DNA of 64,000 nucleotides from Lingula anatina (lineage: Eukaryota; Animalia; Brachiopoda): positions 43,468,401 to 43,532,400 of the forward strand of contig CM120641.1 in assembly GCA_051362555.1 (NCBI GenBank), read 5' to 3'. Below are positions 29,289 through 42,177 of the stretch, in pieces. The position numbers and the translations under genes are program-made. Under the pieces are notes generated by a model. The model had not been told where the DNA came from and ran no database searches. It worked only from the letters and a program-made list of their open reading frames with translations. The number at the start of each line of letters is the position of its first letter. The stretch's first letter is position 1.

Positions 29289-31639
29289 GATGATTAATGC
29301 GCTAAAGATATATCACGATTTTTTTTTACATATTATTGAAAAACAGCTAACTTAGATTCCTTCGTGTTAAGAGAAAGAAAGAGAGAGAGAAAGATGAAAG
29401 TTGAATGACTGGGCGTACGTTGTTCAAATCGGAAACTAAATAATCATTTTAGATAAATAAATTTGCATCATAAAAGGTGAACGTACGATCAGCAGATTTT
29501 GCTGTGCTGACAGTCTGTCTGTTAACTTGCAAATAAATAAATATATTATAAATGTGTGTAAGTGTGGTCCGTGATGTTATAAAGTAGGGGTTTAGATTGT
29601 GGTAGTTATAGCCTGGGTTCGGGTTGGATGGTGTTTGTGCCCGTATGACACATGCAATGAATATGAGACCACGTAAATGTAGTGCTTCGGGTAATTTAGT
29701 ATTTTATTTTTGCCAAAAAGGCCACGAGGAGGTTGAGATAGAGTAAGCTGATTGTGATTTGATTGGTTAGGTTTGGTGGACCTGGATTGTAAATGATTAA
29801 GCCACTGACTGTCCACGAAGTTGCCTTTACTGCAGCTAGAGAAATGTAGTGCCTAGTGGAGAAATTATTGGGGTGGGGTTGATGTCTTTGGCTATGGTAC
29901 TCTTTTTAAGAGCTTGATCTTTTAATTGTTTAAAGGCAAACACGTTGTAAATACATGAGTATTGAGGGATGGTCGATGTAAATCTCTTTGTATATTATAT
30001 ACATGTAGTATGATATCTTGTTTTGTTGAAGGTATGACATCTCATTCATGGTTAAAAGGCGGGTAATGGAAGCAGATATTTTTCCAGTATTTTATATGGA
30101 CGTGAACCTTGGATAAAAACTCGTAAATTTTTAGAAGTCACTTCCAGGTCATTAGTTATGTCTCTGCTTGGTGTAAGAGTGACAACGCCTAACAATTAAT
30201 GTTTAGGCGAGCTTGGTTTATGAAGTGCAAAAGCCCGCGTGAAAATCGCTCGGCATAAATTCATGGTAAAGGCTCTTGAACAACGAGAGGAAGTAGTAGT
30301 ACATGATAACCCATACCTGGACTACCTGCAAGCAGGCTAATACAAACGCATTCAAATACCTAAATGGTATTTTGCAGCACAATATATAAGGGGAAAATTG
30401 ACTTATTGAACTGTAAAGAAAGGGTGCGTGTGTCTCAAAATTGTAAGGTTGTATTGTATAGAGAGATTAATCCGGATCAAACCGTCTCAGGCATTTCTGC
30501 TGACATGGACATCAAGGAGTTTGAAAGAATTATTGGAACTCGGTACAGGTTGTCATCACGCGACCTGACAGTGAAGAAGGGCCGCTGGTCCTGCGTCCCT
30601 TTAGAGGATCGGAAATGAATCCTTGGTACCGGTGAAATCTAGACAGTAGAACATGTTTTGTGTTTTTGTTCTGTCGCAATCTGTATACGAAAGGAAAATC
30701 CTGCGTGAGATTTTTTAGCTCAGTAGAAGGGGCTATGCACGACGTGTGTCGTTTGATATATTCTGTAAACTTCTTTTCCTAACATAATGCTAACATTGTG
30801 TTACCGTTTTATTGTATTAATTTGTACTTTCTGCTCACGTTGGAGTAAATTATCTCTCTATGCACCGTCACATTCAGTGTGCCCCACAACATTGTTCTCG
30901 TTATCTTGTGAAATAAACTATTTAAATACGTTTATGTGCATTTTTTGTACGCCACAATTGCTTTTAGATTGCTGGGATGGTGCATGGTTTTTCAATTATG
31001 AATTTAGTGGAAGGATTAAAGGTTGCTGTCATTGATCGCTGAATTCGAAATTTGTGCATAGGCCTAAAGCGTGCCTATTTTTACAATTATTCTCACCACT
31101 CTAAATGATTTTGGTTAAATTGATCAACACGGACTACTGTAACACTTCTGTACATCTTTAAAATCAAACAGCAAGTTAAAGGTAAACAATGCTCATTAGA
31201 CTTTAATTGAGGAAAAATCTTGCTGAAAATTTAACTTCTTTTTCGCCACGCCCATAGCCGTCGTCAAATTTTAGATCTGATATTTCACTTTGAGTTCTCT
31301 GTTATTAATATTTGGGAATTAACCTCGTAACAGAGAAGGATGAATTGCACTCGTAAGGGTTAAAATAAGAATTTTAAGCTAAAAAACTGGTGTATATCAA
31401 TGATTCTCTCAACGGTTTTGGATAGGGTAAGGAAATTATTTAAATTTCTAGGAAAATTATTATTCTATATATAATTCTAACGCGAGATGCATACCTTTAT
31501 AATTAATAGGCATAAAACAGATGGATTGTTAGTCGCCATTAATTCTGATCTGACTTAATTTTACACAAACTGTGTTCATACATTTTGTATGGCATGACTA
31601 AACCGTCACCTGTAACGCCACGAAATGAACGCGGCTTCG

Positions 31640-31684
31640 ATTGGCCAGTTTGTTGAATAGCTGTCACAAGTTGCTGCGTATAAA
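31640..31684 (+). promoter_or_regulatory. Inverted CCAAT plus TATA core promoter of ZP copy 1
   Basis: ATTGG at 31640, TATAAA at 31679. The same 39-bp spacing recurs upstream of copies 2 and 3. Putative non-coding exon donor at 31771/31772 (GTTAGT) and acceptor at 32320. Confidence 0.6.
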
Positions 31685-32332
31685 TTCGTGCATCACATGA
31701 CCACATGCTTGCACAGAGGAGGCGTCAGGACGCAGGGAGAAGGTGTATCCCTAGTAGGGCCTACTTCAACGGTTAGTAGATTTAAACTCTATTTGGAATA
31801 TTTTATAAAAGCAGACTATGCACAGCATGATCAGATTTGCATGAATATTGCATTTTAGATTCATATGTCATCATATTCAATAAACCTGTAAGATGTAATA
31901 GCGGTGTGAGGCTTTACTCTGATAACTGTTAGAATAGTCGCTAGCGTTTCAAATGTATTTCTTGTATGAGGTTCATCCATCAAAGATTTTCATGGACACA
32001 AAAAATAAGTGTATGCCAGGGACCAATCACAATTAAATGGTGTTTACGTGGCACGCTTGAAATATTGAACATCAATTTTTATCAAAATAAAACTTCGAAA
32101 CCACGAACAGAGGCAAAGAAAGGCCAAAACAGTCATTCATTACTATGTGGTCAGCAAAATAAAAAAGTTATATCTCCGATAAAAATATCTCCAAGTGCCT
32201 GTAAAAACAAAGTTTGAAAAGAAACATATGGTTGTAAATTTCTAAATGAAATTAAAAAACGCCCGATAGCAAATTAAACGCAGTTCCTTCCTAATAACAT
32301 GAAATCGCGTTTCATTTCAGTTTCCAAGTACA

Positions 32333-35300
32333 ATGAAGGTTTCTGCAGCTCTTTGGGTAATATGAATATTTTGTCTTTTTTTTTGCTCGTTATAAATATG
32401 CACAACACTTTGGTCAGCATCTGAAAAACAGACGTGGTTTATGGCAGCTATTATTAATTAAATGTAGGATCTATACGCTGTGTTAATTAACTTGCAAATA
32501 TATTAAGATTATTGTTTAATGTTTAGTATGGCTATCAAATGTTGGCATCAGGTCATTTTTTAAACTTTGGATAACTGCTATTTTATTATTTTAGTGTCTC
32601 CACGTTTATTTGGCTGTCTTTATTCTTGACACGACCAACTCATCTGGTAAGTGTCTCTCTCTCCTCCCCTCTCCCCCCCCCCCCCCTCTCTCTCTTTCTC
32701 ATACATCTATCCTAAAACTCAAAAATCATGCATGGAATTTTCATAACGCACTGACAGTCAGTGACTCATTCGGGAAATTAAGAATCTGTTCAAGTTATGA
32801 TTCCCCTTAGGTTCTCCTCTCCACTCCATACACTTCTCTAGATGCGCAAATGAAGACTGTGCAGTGTTACGTTTTACCGATTTAAATAGGACGTCCTATT
32901 CCTTCTTTATCTTCATATCAAATTCTCACTGACAATAATATCTTTTTGGGAACCAATTTTCTCGACATGTGTGAGACGTGAAGAAAGTTTGATACAAATG
33001 AAGCATTCATTAAGTCTGAATTTCGGAGCATCTCATCTCTAGCTCTCCTTCATAGTGGACAGAAAATGCTTAAATCAATAGAAAAAAAAAAAATTTCTAT
33101 TAAATCTACTTCAGCCACCTATCGCTGCGGAGTGAGCCCAAATGAAGTGATAATAGTCGTAGTAAACGACGCTAATTACGCGAACACGTACATCGCGGAT
33201 TATAAAGATGACCACAACTGTCGACCAGCGTTTACTGGCTCACAACAAAACTGGACTCTTGCGACATTCACACTGGCAGAAAACTCCTGTGGAATGACAT
33301 CATCGGTAAAGTGTTTCTCTTCTAGCATAGTCTTAGGCTGCATTCAAAACAGAAGTTGATCTGCGGACTAACAGATCTGCGGATCAAATATGGCCGATCC
33401 ACTTGAAACCTTCCCGCCCAATCCCCGCCAAAAATCCATCACTGTCTATTAGGGAATAAAGCGGCAAGCTCTCACGTGGGTCGGCCATATTTTATCGGTG
33501 ATTTGTAGAAGTAATTGCTGTAACTTTATGTAGCAATGTTACTCCAAACTTTCGACGGTATTTATCGCAAATCATATTACTGTGAAAAGGTTACGTTGAC
33601 ATAAGAGCAGGTTTTAGCCTACACAAAGAACGGGTGCTGTACAAGTCGTGGAGAATTTTTGAGTTACCGGTGGCTCTGTGTTGCCTGTAAAAGTGCGTGT
33701 TACAACTTGTTTCATTTACAAATGAAGTAGAGGTTATATCTTTTCTATCATTGTTGCTATGAGTACAAAACTACATATTTCCTTTTTGATAAAATAAAAA
33801 GGCTGATATATAATGCAAAATTCATTTCAGGGCGGACGCGACCTATGGACCGTTTTAGCGACAGAGAATTCCCGCATAGAACAACACACTGATGTTGAAT
33901 TCACCACGACTCCGGGCTGCGACTTCACTGGAGACGAGACAGTTATTGTGGAAATAACCTCTGTTCGCGTGGAGAACATGTACGTAGATATTTTCTTTTT
34001 TGAAAATTAATGTTGTAATTGTGAATGCAAAATATTACGATTCATTTTCTTTTCAACATTCAAATTTTTATTAGGCAAATGCAAATATTTAGTTACAAAC
34101 CCCAAAAGATGAATTTGAAATATAAGAAAAAGGGCGAATTATACTACAATTATGGTGGATGCAATGCTTTTAAATGATCCTTTTTCTCATGTGGTTTGAG
34201 AAATGCCTTCATAATAAGTGTGAATATCTAGCGACCGCTCAGATAACCGTTAGCAATGAACTGACCATGATGTATTAGTAAATGGTTTTGGGATTTGGGC
34301 TTGGCCGAGATCTTCAAATTTTTAGGGCTTAAAAAGCAACATACTGGTACTAAACACCTCCAAAGTCAGCTATTGCATAACATTATGACAGAAGTTTTAG
34401 TCCAACAGAACACGCATTTCTAAATAAAATGTTATTAGCTAAAAGCTTGGATTTGCCAAGATGGTCTGATAGTTTGGCAGATTGATACCGACGAGCATTC
34501 TGTATAATTTAAGTAAGATGTAATTTTAACATCTTATGAACTCGTCTCCATGAGGCTAAAATACAGTTAAACCATATTTACCATGATTACATGCTTGAGC
34601 AGCGGCTGATATATCGCATATTACTTCGTATTTAGATTTGTTTGTTTTTAATTGTGAAAGTTATAAAATCTTAGCTGTTTATCTTAAGTGCTTATCTGCA
34701 ATGACCATGAATGCATATGTTTGGACATAGATAAATGTGGGGCACCATTATAATTCATCAGAATTATTTGCAAGCCAAGAAGATGCGGTATAACTCTTCA
34801 TTAGGCCTACATCAATATGCAATTGCGTGCTTTGCAAAGGCAAATATTGAAAAATTGTTGCATAGTCGTGATGTTTATTTATGGGAAATAGTATGTCCTT
34901 TACAATAGCATTATTTGAGATTTTATTGTATTTTGTTGTTGTTTTTTATCGCATGAATTTGAAAACATTTTCTATCTTTTATTTGCCAGAACGCTTTCGC
35001 AAAGTGCTGCAAACCTTGCCGCTGAAACCGTTACCATGGTGATGAATCGAAATAGCGATGGCGCTGAGATCCCAAGCTGTTACTTAGGCGAACCCGTTTC
35101 CCTCTCGATGACTCTAGGAGAATCAAAAAGTAATTAATTGGCTCATTCGCAATGAAATAGTTTTTATTGGGGATCACGATCTCCGTTTTTAAAGAAAAAT
35201 AAGTCAAAAGTAGCCCTCCACTTTAAAGCCTAAAATTTGTGTGGTAGACATTGGATTAAAATTAACTTGGGTCTGTAATCATAATAGAAGTGCTGGTCGA

Positions 35301-37461
35301 CAGTTGACTTATTTAAATTGATCACTACAAAATTCTAGTGTGAAAGTGGTAATCATATTTCGGTCTTAAAGTAAATACCAAATTTGGTGCATATGTATGA
35401 GAAAAAAAGATGCTTCATTCTCTCTAATTGGAGATTTTTTGAGAATAGTTGAAAGAAAGATATTTCAAAATGTATTCTTATTTCTGAACATACAGATTGA
35501 TTCATGAAGTGTTAGTTCTTATAAAAGTATCTCGTCTTTCTTTAATTAGCTGCAAAGGGTATAAAAGTGTTTGGATGTTATGCAAAACCTACGAAAAGTT
35601 CAAATGAAACGTTTGCTCTTCTGGGTGATAACGGGTAAGTACATTTCTTTGAAGTTTGATATAAAACAAAGCAATCCTAATGTTTTTCTGAGCTACTGTT
35701 ACATCAATTAAAAGGTTTTTTAAATTAAGTTACTCGACTTGCCTGCACATAACATTTAATGCTGTTTTTTGTAAGTCATTACTATTCAAGTTTTTTTTTT
35801 CATTCTGGGAAGGGGTCACGTGGGTATTGAGTTTGTTGTCTCCGAACCCACAGTACACATTAATGTATGATTGGATCACTTACAGATACTTATAGGACTG
35901 ATATCGATAACATTTTTTTTTCACATCAGGTGCCCCGAAGACAATCAATTCATTTCTGATCCATTCTCTGGCCAGGGGAATTATATTACATCTGGTGCAT
36001 TCAATTGTTTCAAATTCCCAGAGTCGACCACCTTGTATTTCACCTGTGAGATAGGGTTTTGCACCACAAATGATGATTTAAGGTGTATATCGGTAAATAT
36101 TTTATATACCTTTACGTGTATGTGTAGAAACCTTCGTTTATTCGAGAACTAGTAGCCATTCAAGAACTTCAACTACTGGGTTTAAAGCTATAGTTGTCCC
36201 ATAAAGTTTTGCTTTGGTCAAATAAATTTCTTAATTTGTCAATCCCTACACGAATAACCCTCAGCTTGAGAGACTCGTGCAGACTCGATTTTATTCCTTT
36301 CGACTGCCTTGTTCATTTTGATACATGATTTTGTACACCGTTCGAGGTAGACGATAAAATATCGGCTGCAATGATCGTCTGCGAAAATTTGAAGCTCGGG
36401 GTGAGAGAAATTGGAGATAAACGACAAACCTAAGAAAACATTATGCTGGGCTATTAAAAGCTGTTGCCTATAAATGATCAAGAGAATGATATTTATAGTT
36501 CAAAATACATCGTGATCCATCTTCACGGTTAGTCGCTTAGATGAATGCGTATACCTGTAGGTCTTTATGGGCTACTGTAAATAAACTTTCTATTGGATAA
36601 TAAAGACTTTATTCATGTATTTGGACCTGATGATTCGCACTTCCTTTAATGGTTATTGTCTTTCGCGTTATTGAGAGATACAGATGACTATTATTGATTG
36701 TTTAAGACTGTTTTAACAACATTTGATCTATTTCACAGGGTCCTACCTGTGCTTTTGCCGCACAAGCTGTTGCCGTAAAATCTGTTGTCGACAGAAATAA
36801 AAGACGGGTGACTGGTGAAGAGCAAAAATCACCAAAGACGCCTCGCGTTGACGTCAACTCCCCGTACCAGCCGGAGACAGAGGAGCACTACCCGATAAGT
36901 TTAGAAGTTTCAGTCATCACATTACCGGAGGAAAACCCGTTTAGCAATAACAAAGGTATCTATAATATGAATAAAAGACACTGGCGTTCAAATTTCGAAA
37001 AAAAAAAATCAAATTGATTTTTTGAAAAAAAAAAAAAACTACCGTCTTAAAAAGTTAATCTAAAACTTTTTGAGAAATATTGGAAGGTAGAACTTCGCTT
37101 CATTCGTAGTAATAACCTTATTCAAGATATCTAGTAAAATAAAGATATATATTTAATTTTAATGGTAAAATAATTTAAAATAAGCGGCGTATTTTTGTCC
37201 ACGACAAATATAACTTTGTCATTTTATATATGCACTTTCGTTTCAGAAAAAATGGAGATGCCAAAAGCCACGAAATCAATAATTTTCACAGTGACGACTA
37301 TTGCCCTGGCGTGTCTGTTTCTGGCTGCGGTCGCAGCTGTTATCATCGTACCTCTCCGAATGTTAAAATTGCGCCGTCAACTGAGAAACTCCACTCAGCT
37401 GCATCATGACGCCAGTTTCAACACTCCTGTTCACATTCCAGTCACTATTCTCAGACCTTAA
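32333..37461 (+). CDS. ZP-module transmembrane protein, copy 1 (411 aa)
   Basis: Coding exons 32333-32356, 32595-32646, 33115-33305, 33831-33979, 34990-35129, 35550-35634, 35930-36092, 36739-36955, 37247-37461; all GT-AG, frame open. Signal peptide MKVSAALWCLHVYLAVFILDTTNSS, 4-Cys ZP-N, ZP-C (CYA..LLGDNGCP..FKFP..LYFTCEIGFC), furin site RNKR, EHP-like ISLEVSVITL, TM helix. Confidence 0.9.
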
Positions 37462-37860
37462 TAAGATTATATCGCAATTTGTAATGTAATCCAAATGTTT
37501 GAGTCACAAAAAAAGATATGTCTATATAAAATAAAGGAATGGCAGGTAAAATATTAAAACGTGTTCTTGTTAACATTGACTTTCATAGGATTAGATCGGG
37601 ACCAAGGCGATTTTGAGTCGTGCTGCACACAACTATCTATTGAAGTGCTGGCGACATTCTCTCAAGTCGACTAAATGTTAATATTTCTGTGACTGTGACA
37701 AGTCACGGTCTGTATAGTGTTGAGTGCACTGCGGCACAACCCCCTCCCCACAAAATAAATAAATAAACTAAAAGGTCTAGACAGCGAATTTCTAAAACTA
37801 CGCACTGCACGTATTTCAAACTAATTTACACCGGTTGTTTGGACCTGAGTGAAAATATTA

Positions 37861-38663
37861 AACAAGGCAGCAAAGCTGTCAAATGTACAGACAAAAAACA
37901 GAAAATAAAGATGCAAAATAGGTCATTTTGTCAATTTTGATGCAATAATAAATAATGCTTATAATAGCACTGTCAGTCAACACTGAATTTTAATCATGCA
38001 CAACAGGTAAAATGGTCAATAACATGAGCGGACCCAGAGATATTTTCTGACAGTATTCCAAACTATCTATTTTGATCCATCCTCCATTTTGATGGTCTTC
38101 CAACAGAAGAAAAAATAGATACCAGGCAATATAAACTTAATAACCTGACTGTCTTCCGGAAGACCCAGAAGATGGTCTCAATCTACCCTTTCAATAAGAT
38201 TACAGTTTCAGGACCATGAGTTTAAATTCACATGATGAAAGTCTCAATATTTGAAAAATGATGACAGTGCATAAAATAATATTACATAAGTAACATAATG
38301 TTTAAAAGACATAAAAAAAAACAATACAACTGCTTATGTGAAAATACAGAAATGTCAGAGCCTCAGGCGGATGAGAGTTAAAAGTCACAAATGCAAGTGT
38401 TTGAGAAAAAATTATAAAGGAAAACATAACAAAACTAGAAAAGCGCTCCGAGAGTGCAGACCTCTGCCAAGGTAGCAACTGTTGATTATTATTGATTATT
38501 GTCCTCTTTGGCCCACTTCTGACAGTTCCTGAAAATTTCAGCAAAATCGGTCCATAACTTTTTGAGTTATGTTGATGACAAACAAGGGTGAAAATATAAC
38601 CTCCTTGGCAGAGGTAAATATAATTCCAATGAAGCTGCTATTCAAACTTTTAATCTTTGAGTT

Positions 38664-38702
<39 letters not shown>

Positions 38703-41294
38703 TTATTTGCAATATTAAACAAAATTCACCTGCATAATTATCACTGCTTCCTTATTATTAATCTAGCAGAGAGCTTAACCTATGGGAGTTTACAGGGAAA
38801 TATCAACAAGTGTGCTTTATGTAATCTCATTTAATGGCCGATTAATTAGGCAAATTACTTTATAACACTGAAATTAGCTAAGTGATACCCAAGGGAAATT
38901 TACAGACTGACCCTCTCAAAGGTCTTTCAGGCCCATAAGTCACAACTTAAGAAAAGCACAAAACAATAATGCACAAAATAGGAGACTACCAATTCTGATG
39001 CAATAATACATTATGTTTAACTGCACAGTCAACATCAAATTTTAATTTTGCACAACAGGTAACACCAACGAAAGTAAAAGCATAAGGCTTCAGGCCCATC
39101 AGAGTTCAAGTTTATACTTAGAAAGTGCCAGAATGAGAAAAATGAAATTTCACACAAAATAGCATAAAATTCAATAATAAATGATAACCCAATTGACCTG
39201 GCTTTCTAATTTGAACTGCATGCCAATCCTAAAAATCATACTCATAAATTAAATATAATAATAAATATCACAGTTTTCTTTTCATAATGTTTGCAGTAGC
39301 AGTGCAAAAAGATTATTCTCAATTTTGATGTAACATTACATAATACATTATAGAATAATTATCACCAATTTTTGATTATTGACTATAAATAGCATGAACA
39401 TGTAGAAAATTTGATTACCATCCGGCTTCATGTCCATGGGAGCTCCGAGTCCCACAATGAATATGCCAAAAAGATAATGAATATTTCACTAAAATGTATA
39501 ACTTCCAGAAAAAGAAGCCAATTAGACTGCTTTTCCAACTCGGGCTGCATTTTAGTCCTGTGTTTCTTTTTTGAAAGTTTGACAATCATAAGTAATACGG
39601 TTTTCCCATAATGGTCATCATGGCAGAAGCACCAAAAATTGTGTTTTCTTCTATTTTGATGCAACATTACATAATGCTTAACAGCATAATACATCAATTT
39701 TTAATAATAAAATATATGTGTCATGGATTTTCAGAAAATGTGACTAGCATGGGTCTTCAAGCCCGTGGAGGTTCTATGTCGCACCTTGAAAATGCCAAGA
39801 AGTGAAAAATTAAATTTTCACAAAAAACTGTTAAATTGCCAGAAAAATTTACCAAACAGGCTGCATTGCCTATTGAAGCTGTATGTTAGACCCATGTTTC
39901 TTTCCTGTACGTTTGAGAACAGTAAGTGACATGATTTCCCTTAAATGGTCATCATAGGAGCAGTGCCCAAAATAGTTTTTTTTTTCAAATTTTGATGCAA
40001 CATTACATAATGTTTAACAGCATAATGACCATCAAATGTTATTAATAAAATATTAGTAACATGGACATTCAGAAAACATGACAAGCAAAGGTCTTCACGA
40101 TCATGGAACTTCAAAGTCACACCTTAAAAATGCCAACATGTGAAAAATTAAATTTTCACAAAAAACTGTTTAACTGCCAGAAAAAGTTACCAAACAGACT
40201 GCATTGCCTACTGAAGCTGTATTTTAGTCCCATGTTTCTTTCCTGTAAGTTTGAGAACAGTAAGTGACATGATTTTCCTTAAATGGTCATCATGGGAGCA
40301 GTGCTCAAAATAGGGGTTTCTTCAAATTTTGATGCAATATTACATAATGTTTAACAGCATAATGACCATTAAATTTTAATTATAAAATATTAGTATCACA
40401 GATATTCAGAAAATGTGACTAGCAAAGGTCTTCAGGCCCATGGAACTTCAAAGTCACATCTTGAAAATGCCAAAATGTAAAGAAGACAGCACTGTTCTGA
40501 AATGGGTTTATTTCCGTTTTTAACACTTTTTCAACATAAAACAAAATAAACATTTTACTGCCATTTTTTATGACCAACCAAGAAAATTGATGAGATGAGA
40601 ATTGTATCAATAGAACAGTGTTAAATGTCCAATTTCCTCCATTCTAAGATTCTGAACATAGTGGATGATTGAATCTGACAAACTGCAATGATATGAGTTT
40701 ATTTCCGTTTTTGACACTTGATTACACAATACATGATAACAAGTTTACCATCATTTTTACATAATCAATAACAATGTTGTAAAGATGCAGGAAATGTCAA
40801 ACAAACACTTTTACGTATCTTATTACTTAAATAATAAGGCTATTAACATGCCTAAGAATTAAATCTGAGGAAATCTGAGGAAATGTGAAAAAACAGCATA
40901 ACTTCTAAAATAATGCCCCGATTATGCTGATTTTCGAACTCAACCTGCGTTTTAGTAAGACTGACCATTCCTGTGAGTTTAATGACAATTAGGCTTTCTG
41001 TTTTTCTTATATTGTGTTTACAAGGTTGCATATATGCTGAAAAGTGAAAAAAAAACAGCATAACTTCTACAATAATGGCCCGATCATGCTGATTTTCGAA
41101 CTTGACCTGCGTTTTATGAATATTCATCAGCTCTGTAAATATAAAGCCAAAAAGTGAAACTACCTTCCACTTATCGTGTTTACAAGGAAAGTGCACGGCG
41201 CCGGCGACGGCATCGGCATCGGCATCGGCGACGGCGACGACAGACGCAGGTGATGGCAATATGTACAGACACATCTGTGTCTGTACATAAAAAA
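37861..41294 (-). mobile_element. HINE-like element C, long form
   Basis: Both termini intact. The empty site is visible in the paralogous flank at about 62775-62790 (GAAAATATTAAAAAAACGTGGTC), showing insertion into an A/T run with no TSD. Confidence 0.8.
38433..38618. mobile_element. Small second HINE-like element nested in element C
   Basis: Subterminal inverted pair ACCTCTGCCAAGG / CCTTGGCAGAGGT, plus terminal hairpin GCGCTCCGAGAGTGC. Confidence 0.62.
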
Positions 41295-41723
41295 CACGGT
41301 CTTTTTGGTACACGTGCCCACTAACGATGACAGAATAAAGTAAGACCGAAAGTTGGTACAAACTTGTTTATAGCACAAAAAAATTAGTCTATTTTAAAGC
41401 AAACATAAGTAGCCCCTGTTCAGCCATTAATGTGAAATGACCTGCCTTTGTTTTGAAAAGGGAAAAAACAGATTCTGTTTAGGTTATATTTGTAGACTGT
41501 CACAGAATTACAAAGAATTATCCTAAAGTAAAACTAAAATTGGCCTCGGTGTTGCACCTTTTGATATGTGTTTCTCAATGAAACCGATCTCCTAACTGCA
41601 CTTCAGATAACCCTTCATAGTTATTGCCCAAGACGGTTTTCAAATAGCAAATGGTATTCATGTATGATGCTGTCCTAAAAGAAGATTAAAATGACACAAG
41701 TAACAGAGGACGCATAATAAACT

Positions 41724-42133
41724 AACAAGGCAGCAAAGCTGTCAAATGTACAGACAAAGAACAGAAAATAAAGATGCAAATAAGTGAAAAATTAAATTTT
41801 CACAAAAAACTGTTAAATTGCCAGAAAAATTGAAGCTGTATGTTAGACCCATGTTTCTTTCCTGTAAGTTTGAGAACAGTAAGTGACATGATTTACCTTA
41901 AATGGTCATCATAGGAGCAGTGCCCAAAATAGGGGTTTCTTCAAATTTTGATGCAACATTACATAATGTTTAACAGCATAATGACAATCAAATGTTATTA
42001 ATAAAATATTAGTAACATGGACATTCAGAAAATGTGACAAGCAAAAGTCCTCAAGATCATGGAACTTTAAAGTCACACCTTGAAAATGCCAAAATGTGAA
42101 AAATTAAATTTTCACAAAAAACTGTTTAACTGC

Positions 42134-42177
<44 letters not shown>

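Noticed and set aside
31697-31771. Upstream in-frame ATG that would extend ZP copy 1 by 29 aa
   Set aside because: It lies only 12 nt after the TATA box, so probably upstream of the TSS; it is absent from copies 2 and 3; ATG 32333 already starts a good signal peptide.
36239-36481. 80-aa minus-strand ORF repeated at 52995-53237
   Set aside because: Conserved only because the intron was recently duplicated; largely deleted in copy 3; no recognisable motif.
40852-41361. 169-aa ORF, and similar ORFs at 12402, 16073, 14127, 39411 and 43601
   Set aside because: Incidental translations of the HINE satellite and (GACGGC)n microsatellite; frames are not conserved among copies.
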